Source of the DNA: the human T2T-CHM13v2.0 reference genome, Homo sapiens
Direction: 5' to 3' (one strand)
Assembly: GCF_009914755.1 (NCBI RefSeq)
Contig: NC_060947.1
Length of the DNA: 64,000 nucleotides
A model generated the notes under the pieces. That model was not told the DNA's origin. It was given only the letters and a program-made list of their open reading frames with translations, and searched no databases. Position numbers and translations under genes: made by a program. Below are positions 1 to 10,980 of this stretch, piece after piece (the stretch's first letter is position 1; every line of letters begins with the position of its first letter).

Positions 1-397
1 AAATTAGAATACATATCTGGTTGTGATAAGTATTTTAAAAGAGATAGAAATAAAGTACTATATAAATTAACTATGATTAATCAATCTAGAAAATAATTCC
101 CAATATTGAATCCCAAAGAATTCAACATTTGGGCTGTCGTTTGAAAGATAAGTTGAATTTGGTCATGAAGGAAGAGAGGGGGGATACAATTTCAGTAAAA
201 GGTAACAGCAAGGTCCAAAGACAGTCAGGTCTTCAGTAGTATGGAGTATATTCAGAGGGAGCCCAAGATGTCTGATGTGACTAAAAAGATTGGTGGTTGG
301 TAGGAGGAAGAGGTGTGAGAAGAGGCTGTAAAGAAAAATTGAAACTTGATTGTGATGGACTTTAAAGGCTAGGCTATGGGACTTGGACATGAATCTG

Positions 398-771
398 CAG
401 GCCAGTGTTTGCAGACTGGCAGCCCATAAACTGATTCTTATCAACAGACATGTGTTGTTTGGCCTGCAGAGGTTTGGCCTGCATGATGATTTTAAACCAT
501 CTGAATTAGTAGCCATCATTTTCAAAAATCAAGAGATGCCACATTAAAATATGGAATGCTGCTGTTCTTGAAAATAATGAAACATCTGGAACATTGAGGC
601 CACATTCCTGACTGACAGCAATCAGTTGGAGCTGCGTAGTGACTGCCCACTTTACATGGGGCATCTGATCCCTAGTCGATTACAGCTGCCACCACTTCCC
701 TTTATCTCTCTAATACCAAGCTCTTTTCACTCATTTTTGTTACTTAAGAGATATTTGGGTTTGAAACCTCT
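398..771 (+). mobile_element. Ancient hAT-Charlie DNA transposon fossil (MER102-like)
   Basis: Segments GTTTGCAGACTGGCAGCCC, ACATGTGTTGTTTGGCCTGCA, TTTCAAAAATCAAGAGAT and CAATCAGTTGGAGCTGCGTAG resemble the MER102 consensus as I recall it; boundaries approximate. Confidence 0.6.
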
Positions 772-1390
772 GATGCAGGTAATTGAGGGTTATAGAGCAG
801 AGGACAGATGCTATCAGAGTTGTCTTTTAAGAAAGAACCCTCTGTTCTCATTTTGTTGAAGATAGCCTGGAAGAGGGCAGCCAGGGGAGAAGTTAGGGCT
901 GGAGCTATGAGAAAGGATAAGATGAGATGATGGCTTCAACATTGAGGACAGAAAGAATATTGAGATGAGAAAGTAGTCCATTATAAGCATCTATGCAAAG
1001 GAAATAGCAGATGTCCACAAATCAGCAGAGGCAACAACTCTGAAAGTTTATTCATAAGCCCCTCTTTTCATCTCCAATCCAGTTCAAATGTAATTATTTA
1101 AATTGTTCTTCACTCTCCTTCCTGGATCATGAATGAGCTCCTTAAATGCAGGGTCCACAGTGTCCTATTCATCAGTGAATTCCAAGTGCCTAGCACAGAG
1201 CCTGGCAAATAGTAAATGCTTAACAAATATTCGTTCAGTGCATGAATTGGAGTGATTCTCTACTTTGCTCATAAGTTGAAAAAAGGTTTATTACATACCT
1301 AAATATGCTGAAATCACAGGGCATTTGGCAACCCCCCAAAACCAAAACTCCCAGTTTGGAAACAGAATTTTAATTCTGTGAAAATAAAAT

Positions 1391-1920
1391 CCATTCATTT
1401 ATTCAAAAAATATTTATTAAACAATGACCATGTCCCACACCAGGCTGAGTCCTAAGGATTCAATGATGAACAAAAACCAACATGATTCCTGCTCTTAGGA
1501 AACATACAGTTCAGTGAGGAAAACAGATTGTGAGAAGTCCTCCAACAAATACTGGGTGCTATTAAAATATATTAAAAGGTGAGTGGGTGAGGGACTTGAG
1601 CTAGCCTAGGTGGTTCAGGAAGTCTTCCTGGATGTGCTGATATGCATAGGCATTAACTAGATAAATAGAGAGAAGGATGAACCAACATTGCAGGTAGAGG
1701 GAACAGAATATGCAAAGGCAGGAAGGATTATGGAGTCGTTGGAGGACCTGAATAAAGGCCAGTGTAAGTGGATCTCAGAAAACAGGAGGAAAGGTGTATG
1801 AGATGAGATCAGAGAGGCAGATCATGTGGGGTATGGTTAATGTTTTGGACTTTTCTATTAAGAGCAATGGGGAGACAGTGACAGGACTTAAACGGGGAAA
1901 TAATATGACCAGATTAAACT
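1391..1920 (-). mobile_element. L2 LINE 3' fragment
   Basis: Begins with CATTCATTTATTCAAAAAATATTTATTAAAC, the reverse complement of the typical L2 3' tail, followed by purine-rich L2-like sequence. Confidence 0.6.
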
Positions 1921-1954
1921 TTCTAAAAAACCCTCTATGCAAATATATATTGAG

Positions 1955-3232
1955 AGTTAATTATTGACAAAGATTCAAAGGCAACAAAGTGGAGAGAGAA
2001 TAGTATTTTCAAAAAATGGTGCCAAAACAATAGGACATCTATATTAAAAGTTGGGTATCTGTCTACAAAACTTAATTCAAAATGGATCACAGACCTAAAT
2101 GTAAAACTGAAAGCTATACAACTTCTGGAAGAAAACACAGATGGGAATCTGTGTGATCTTGAGTTTGAAAATGATTTATTATATCTGACACCATAATCCG
2201 TAAGTTAACATAATTCATAAGTGAACAAAGTGATGAACTGGACTTCATCAGAATTTAAAATGTTTGTGCTTCAAAAGACACTGGTATGATAATGAAGACA
2301 AACTACAGATAAGATATTGTTGAATCATATTTCTGATAAAGGAATTGTGCTCAGAATACATAACTCTAAAACCCCCATAATAAATTACAAGTAGCCCAAT
2401 TAAAAAAAAAAAAAGAGAAAAAATTTACAGTCTTCATCAAAGAAAGTATACAATTGTAAAATAAGCACATGAAAAATGCTCTGCATCTTTATTCATGGGA
2501 GAAATAAAAATTAAATGGGAAAGACACCTCTAATTAGAATACTAAAATTAAAAAGACTGACCATACCAAGTATTGGTGAAGTGGAAATGTAAAATGATAC
2601 AATCACTTAGGAAGATGATTTGGAAGTTTCTTACAAAAGTAGGTGTATACCTACCCTGTGACTCACCCATTCCATGGCTAAGTATTTACCTGAGAGAAAT
2701 GAAAGAATACATCCATACAAAGATGTTTATACAAATATTTATAGCAGTTTTATTTGTAGTAGCCCCAAACTGAAAAGAACCCAAATGTCCATCAAAAGTG
2801 AATGGATAAACAAAGCGTGGTACAGCAATGCAATAGAATACTACTTAGCAATAAAGAAGAATGAGCTAGTGATATACATAACAGCTTAAATGTACATCAA
2901 AGGCATTGTGCTCAGTGAAAGATGCAAGTAAAAAAAAAAAAGAGTACATGCTGTATAGTTCCATTGACATAAAACTCTGGAAAGTGAAAAACAGTCTATA
3001 CTGACAGAAAGCAGATCATTGGTTGCCTGAGGAGGAGGAGTATAGGAGAGGTGGAGGGAAAATGTACAAAGTGGCACAATAAAAACTTTTGGAATCATAG
3101 ATATATTCACTATCTTGATTGAGTGATGATTTCATGAGTGCACGCGTGTGTCAAAAATGATCAATTTATGCAACTTTAAATATGTGCAGTTTATTGTATA
3201 TATCAATTATACCTCAGTACGGCTATTAAAAA
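1955..3232 (+). mobile_element. Old L1M LINE fragment (degenerate ORF2 end and 3'UTR)
   Basis: L1 hallmarks: AATGGATCACAGACCTAAATGTAAAAC, ATGTTTATACAAATATTTATAGCAG, CCCAAATGTCCATCAAAAGTGAATGGATAAACAAA; A-rich + strand; no intact ORF. Confidence 0.85.
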
Positions 3233-5344
3233 GAAACCCTCTGGCTGCACAATGCAGAACTGATTCTAGGAAAGAGTGGAGGGAGGATGACCATTTACAG
3301 TGCTCCAGGTGGAAGAGAACGGTGCCTTCTGGAAGTGAACTAGGTTGGCAACAACAGAGATGAAATAAATGGGCAGATGTGTGAGATACTTAGGAAATAA
3401 AACCCGATGGTCACCATTTTCCAAAGGTCAGCTCATCCTGGCTTTCCAGAGCAAAGAGCTAGGGAAGACTTTATTAATAAATCCCTCTTGAAGTTGCAGA
3501 GGAAGCTTATAGCAGAAACTTACTCTCAACCTGACTAATCTGAGAGAACACCTCTGGTTCCATTTGATTACTAAAAAACTGCAAAGAACAGGAGGAGAAA
3601 GAAGAAGAAAGCTGGTACAAACAGTGAACTTATATAATATTAATCAATAATTGTCTCTTGTTCTTAAAAGCAATGGGAAGAAAATGAGATTTGAGCTGGA
3701 AGATCAGAGTTCAAAATCCAAATAAAGTATATGGCCCTAATATGCTTATAGTAGTTAACCTTTCCTGATAATGATATAATTGTTGACAGCACCATCTTTA
3801 AAAATAAAAATAACATAGTAATCCTTCAGATTTGTAGAATGCTTTCCTGTTTACAAGTTTGTTCTATACACATTATGTCTTTTAAATGACACACTAGCCT
3901 TCTGAGGGTAACTTATATTGGCAACAGTTTTCAGATGTGGAAACTGTGAAGACAATGTTGGTGATGTGGAAGCAACATAAACTTTGGAGTCTTTCAGACC
4001 CAGGTTTGAATGTCAGACTGCTTTTTATTCAGAGTAACTTCAGAGCATTATTTCTCACCTTAATTTTTTTTCAGGCCTCTTTGTGTCTATGTGTCCTCTT
4101 CACTCCTGTCCATTGTTCATTCAGTGATTTTTGCACCTTCCTTCACTGTTAGTGTGTAGACACATAGTTCTCCTGGCTCTGAGACCTATGTTAATTCCAT
4201 TCTACCATCCTGCCAGCCCACTCAATTCCTATTGAGCAATGCTAGTTGAAAGTTGTGGTGGGATTAAATGTTGCAATGAGTATTCAAATGAGGTTGAAGT
4301 ATCTACGCATTCTACTTACATATGGTGAGGTATATTCAAGGAAGGCTGTAGCCATTAAAATCTCAGGAAATAATTTTTCACCTCCTCAGGTGAAAGGGTC
4401 TTCAGGCCTTTGTGTTCTGGAAGGTTCATTTATAGCCATTTCCCAAATGACAATGCGATTGATGAGTCTAGAGTCTAGCTCAAATAGCAATGGACTGGAA
4501 GACTAGTTTAGGTTTTACTAATGTGGAACATAGAACAAATTATGTCCTTGTTTCAGCCTGTTCATCTGTGAAATAGAGCCTATCATATCCAGTCTTCCTT
4601 GCCTTTAGGTTTGAGTTACCTTCTTTGGTCAAGGTAAGTAAATGCCTATGATGTTTGGCTGTGCACAAGATAAAGCTACAACAAAGCTACAACCCATCTT
4701 TTCTCTGTAGAAGACTGCAAAAAGCAAAAGAGACCCAGGCAAAAATCTCGGAATGACTTTTGGAACAGAGAGCCTCCCCAGAATCAGAAGTCAAAGGAAT
4801 TTAAAACATAGGGAGGCCCAGGGTCTCTACTGACATAAAGGAAAGATGTTTTCCTTATAGGTTTACGTTTACATTTTCTCTCTCTTTCCATTCCCACTTG
4901 CATCTCCACCTTTACACAGGGCTTATGGGACCTCCTCCACAAAAGAGCAGTTGCAGTAACCCACATCATCCTCTACGCCTGGCTGTCCATCAAGAGGCGA
5001 AAAGCAGCCCTATATAGGTTCTATCCTTGGATAGTTCCAGTTGTAAAGTTTAAAATATGCGAAGGCAACTTGGAAAAGCAAGCGGCTGCATACAAAGCAA
5101 ACGTTTACAGAGCTCTGGACAAAATTGAGCGCCTATGTGTACATGGCAAGTGTTTTTAGTGTTTGTGTGTTTACCTGCTTGTCTGGGTGATTTTGCCTTT
5201 GAGAGTCTGGATGAGAAATGCATGGTTAAAGGCAATTCCAGACAGGAAGAAAGGCAGAGAAGAGGGTAGAAATGACCTCTGATTCTTGGGGCTGAGGGTT
5301 CCTAGAGCAAATGGCACAATGCCACGAGGCCCGATCTATCCCTA

Positions 5345-5352
5345 TGACGGAA
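5345..5352 (+). promoter_or_regulatory. AR: CRE-like element TGACGGAA at about -507 of the AR TSS
   Basis: Motif seen directly; its position agrees with the cAMP-responsive element I recall being described near -508/-501 of the human AR promoter. Confidence 0.55.
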
Positions 5353-5733
5353 TCTAAGGTTTCAGCAAGTATCTGCTGGCTTGGTCATGGCTTGCTCCTC
5401 AGTTTGTAGGAGACTCTCCCACTCTCCCATCTGCGCGCTCTTATCAGTCCTGAAAAGAACCCCTGGCAGCCAGGAGCAGGTATTCCTATCGTCCTTTTCC
5501 TCCCTCCCTCGCCTCCACCCTGTTGGTTTTTTAGATTGGGCTTTGGAACCAAATTTGGTGAGTGCTGGCCTCCAGGAAATCTGGAGCCCTGGCGCCTAAA
5601 CCTTGGTTTAGGAAAGCAGGAGCTATTCAGGAAGCAGGGGTCCTCCAGGGCTAGAGCTAGCCTCTCCTGCCCTCGCCCACGCTGCGCCAGCACTTGTTTC
5701 TCCAAAGCCACTAGGCAGGCGTTAGCGCGCGGT

Positions 5734-5793
5734 GAGGGGAGGGGAGAAAAGGAAAGGGGAGGGGAGGGAAAAGGAGGTGGGAAGGCAAGGAGG
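5734..5793 (+). promoter_or_regulatory. AR: AR promoter homopurine/homopyrimidine tract (H-DNA/G4-capable)
   Basis: Uninterrupted purines 5734-5777, with a mirror repeat GAGGGGAGGGGA...AGGGGAGGGGAG; a known AR promoter feature. Confidence 0.85.
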
Positions 5794-5804
5794 CCGGCCC
5801 GGTG

Positions 5805-5814
5805 GGGGCGGGAC
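5805..5814 (+). promoter_or_regulatory. AR: GC box (Sp1 site) of the TATA-less AR core promoter
   Basis: GGGGCGGGAC about 40-47 nt upstream of the TSS; no TATA box at -30. Confidence 0.85.
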
Positions 5815-6459
5815 CCGACTCGCAAACTGTTGCATTTGCTCTCCACCTCCCAGCGCCCCCTCCGAGATCCCGGGGAGCCAGCTTGCTGGGAGAGCGGGAC
5901 GGTCCGGAGCAAGCCCAGAGGCAGAGGAGGCGACAGAGGGAAAAAGGGCCGAGCTAGCCGCTCCAGTGCTGTACAGGAGCCGAAGGGACGCACCACGCCA
6001 GCCCCAGCCCGGCTCCAGCGACAGCCAACGCCTCTTGCAGCGCGGCGGCTTCGAAGCCGCCGCCCGGAGCTGCCCTTTCCTCTTCGGTGAAGTTTTTAAA
6101 AGCTGCTAAAGACTCGGAGGAAGCAAGGAAAGTGCCTGGTAGGACTGACGGCTGCCTTTGTCCTCCTCCTCTCCACCCCGCCTCCCCCCACCCTGCCTTC
6201 CCCCCCTCCCCCGTCTTCTCTCCCGCAGCTGCCTCAGTCGGCTACTCTCAGCCAACCCCCCTCACCACCCTTCTCCCCACCCGCCCCCCCGCCCCCGTCG
6301 GCCCAGCGCTGCCAGCCCGAGTTTGCAGAGAGGTAACTCCCTTTGGCTGCGAGCGGGCGAGCTAGCTGCACATTGCAAAGAAGGCTCTTAGGAGCCAGGC
6401 GACTGGGGAGCGGCTTCAGCACTGCAGCCACGACCCGCCTGGTTAGGCTGCACGCGGAG

Positions 6460-6474
6460 AGAACCCTCTGTTTT
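6460..6474 (+). promoter_or_regulatory. AR: Non-consensus androgen response element in the 5'UTR (AGAACCctcTGTTTT)
   Basis: Imperfect IR3 seen at about +610; matches the autorepressive 5'UTR ARE as I recall it. Confidence 0.6.
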
Positions 6475-6538
6475 CCCCCACTCTCTCTCCACCTCCTCCT
6501 GCCTTCCCCACCCCGAGTGCGGAGCCAGAGATCAAAAG

Positions 6539-6565
6539 ATGAAAAGGCAGTCAGGTCTTCAGTAG
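6539..6565 (+). CDS. Upstream ORF in the AR 5'UTR, MKRQSGLQ*
   Basis: ATG AAA AGG CAG TCA GGT CTT CAG TAG at +688; the only upstream ATG I find in the leader. Confidence 0.8.
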   Translation: MKRQSGLQ

Positions 6566-6567
6566 CC

Positions 6568-6613
6568 AAAAAACAAAACAAACAAAAACAAAAAAGCCGA
6601 AATAAAAGAAAAA
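6568..6613 (+). repeat. A-rich (AAAC/AAAAC)n low-complexity tract in the 5'UTR
   Basis: AAAAAACAAAACAAACAAAAACAAAAAAGCCGAAATAAAAGAAAAA read directly. Confidence 0.8.
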
Positions 6614-6875
6614 GATAATAACTCAGTTCTTATTTGCACCTACTTCAGTGGACACTGAATTTGGAAGGTGGAGGATTTTGTTTTTTTCTTTTAAGATCTG
6701 GGCATCTTTTGAATCTACCCTTCAAGTATTAAGAGACAGACTGTGAGCCTAGCAGGGCAGATCTTGTCCACCGTGTGTCTTCTTCTGCACGAGACTTTGA
6801 GGCTGTCAGAGCGCTTTTTGCGTGGTTGCTCCCGCAAGTTTCCTTCTCTGGAGCTTCCCGCAGGTGGGCAGCTAG

Positions 6876-8597
<1,722 letters not shown>

Positions 8598-10848
8598 TAA
8601 GTTTTTCCTTCCAGAAATGTCGCCTTTCGGCCCAGGGCAGAGTCACTCTGTGTTCTGGGGTATCTAGCGGCTCCTACCTGCGCGAACACTCAGATTGCCC
8701 CTGGGAGAGCTCAGCAGGGTAAACCTAGAGCTCTCCCGTGGACTCCCGGCCTGCCAGAGGTTTAACCTGAGCTCTCCTAATTTCTGCTGCGTGCCCTGGG
8801 TGCTGATTCCTGCCCTCCCAGATTCTTCAACTCCCCCAACCGCCCCAAATTCTCACTACCTCCTGGTACTCGAGGTCCCAAACAGAAATCCTATTGCACG
8901 GGCCACCTTCAGAGATAAAGCTCCCAAGCCCTCCACTCTTCCTTTCCTCCTGTCCTCAAAGTCTGAGAACCTCAACAGGAATTTGGGCAATTTCTCCTCT
9001 TCAGGTCTGTTAGGATTTCACTTTCAGCCTGCGCAGATTAGAGTCAAAAAGACCGGCCCAATAGCTTCTCAGCGGGTATCCTCCAGAGAGGTAAAGTGAA
9101 ATTCTCGGTTAGGGAAAGAAAGTGGTCTCTGGGTGCTGAGGTCTGCTGTGTGAAAGGGTGAACTTCTTTCTCCTGAAGCAACTGGGGACTTGCTCCAGGG
9201 CTGGAGGTCAGTAGAGATAATCCAAACCGTCATGTTTAGAGTAGGCAGAGGGGCAACTTTCTTGGTAAAGACTTCACAGGATTTGCACTCACAGTTTCTC
9301 AACGTTGGTTGACTATGTTGAAAGTAGTTGCTTGGGTCGGTTTTCTCTTGTAAAGTGTTTATTTTCTCTGTGGATTATAACAGATCCACAGCCCCCTACT
9401 TCAGGTTTGCATCAGATCTATAAAGAGGAGAATATTCTTTTAATGTACAATTTAATTAGGCTTGACTCTGACTTACAAAACTGTTGGAAAACATTTTTTT
9501 GTAAAGCATTTCCTGCTATTTCAGTGTGCTCCAAAATCTCCACTGGGGAGGGTGGAGTGAGGTTTTTTATTATATTCCTTTATTTTTAGGACATGTTTGC
9601 ATTTTAGAATATGTGCAGTTAGCTCTAACAAATTGAGTAAGAACTCTTAATGACCTATGAGCCGTAATCTTACCCCAAAGTTTTAATTAGCATATGAGAA
9701 AAGTGGCAGGCAATTGCATCGTGCTTATTAAAAATTATTCCTCACCGCAGTTGTTGAGCTTCTTGGAGACCATGCTGAAGATTTTCTCCCCCAGCAAATT
9801 AAGATATTAGTTTATCTGCTGAGGGAGGACAGACTGAATTGGGGAATTAACTCCTCAGGTAGGCCAGGTGCTGATGTCCCTGTGGACTTTTGTCTTATTC
9901 TTTGTTTCTATGGCTGTTTTCTTTTACCTGTGACTTCTCCAAAATTTCTTTGTTAGCCTTAACATCTTTGTTTGGGGACTTAAATCCAGCAATTTGCCTT
10001 CTTTCACTGATGCTTTCCTTCTTACAAGGTAGATAGCACAGTGTTAGTAAAGAAAGAAAGAGGAGGGTAGGATTTCATATTATTTCGTGGGCTGTTGAAG
10101 AAACAGCTTCTTACCAGGCTTTACATTCCATTAGGTTTTTAATGTTTGACTTACAAGATTTTCAGAGGGTTCATTTGATATTGTCAAAGTCTTTTCCAGT
10201 TAATTTAGACTCTTCATTTTTGTAATGGGTTTATGCTATGGGACAAAAAAAGTATTCTTCATTTTATAAGAACAAATTTACTTGGTAGGGTTAATTTTTT
10301 TTCTAGGGCTGTCACTAGACGGTGGAGCCCCTCTTCTACTGTAAACTTTTCTTGGGGGAAAATGTCTAAGGTGCATTTTGACCTGCCATGATACTAAACC
10401 CAGACACTGGAACCTTCCATCTTCTGCATGCCTCCCCCACAACTTACTTACTTAACAGGGAAAAAACTGATGGTTCCACATATTTGCTAAAAAATGTGTG
10501 CCTTCAAAGACAAAACCAAAATTTTTAGGGAATAACTATAGAGAGCAAAAGTTACTCCCATCAAGTAGACAACGAGCTTGGTGATTTTATTTCAGGTCTT
10601 AATGAAAAAAGCTTCTTTATGAGGAAGGTTATCATATCTTGGTGCCTCCTTGACAGTCCGCTTAAATTAATGACATAAACTAATGAGAATTTAGCAGTTC
10701 CTGCAGAAAGTACAAGTTTATTTTTTTTTTCTGGTTTGTGATTGCTGCACTGAATATGAGGAGTCTAGTTAAAGGGACAACTGGTGTTCCTGTCTTGTGA
10801 GTTGACGAAGACTTTCCATTTCTAGGATATAGAAAATCCTTAAGCCGG

Positions 10849-10980
10849 TTTATTGAAAATTAATCAATTTAATCAGAATGCAATCAATTCCAATACAAAA
10901 GTTAGTATTTTCTTTCTTTTTATTGAAAATTAATTTAATCAGAATACAATCAATTCCAATCCAAAAGTTGATATTTTCTT
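10849..10980. repeat. Tandem duplication, about 66-70 nt x2
   Basis: TTTATTGAAAATTAAT(CAAT)TTAATCAGAAT(G/A)CAATCAATTCCAAT(A/C)CAAAAGTT..TATTTTCT occurs twice head-to-tail. Confidence 0.9.

Noticed and set aside
181-192. GGGATACAATTT shared with about 11009, and TCACTCTGTGTTCT shared between 8643 and 11226
   Set aside because: 12-14 nt matches are expected by chance in a 64-kb self-comparison.
2573-2889. ORFs resembling the L1 ORF2 C-terminus (also 62116-62556)
   Set aside because: Fragmented relics of dead L1 copies; no intact endonuclease or reverse transcriptase.
4532-4548. AGAACA-aatta-TGTCCT as an ARE
   Set aside because: The spacer is 5 nt rather than the required 3.
5011-5016. TATATA as a possible TATA box
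   Set aside because: About 840 bp from the TSS; AR is TATA-less, and the hexamer is better read as a CArG core.
5385-6618. Several 100-200 aa ORFs on both strands over the promoter and 5'UTR
   Set aside because: Expected in GC-rich, stop-poor CpG-island DNA; low-complexity translations, mostly non-ATG starts, no recognisable domain.
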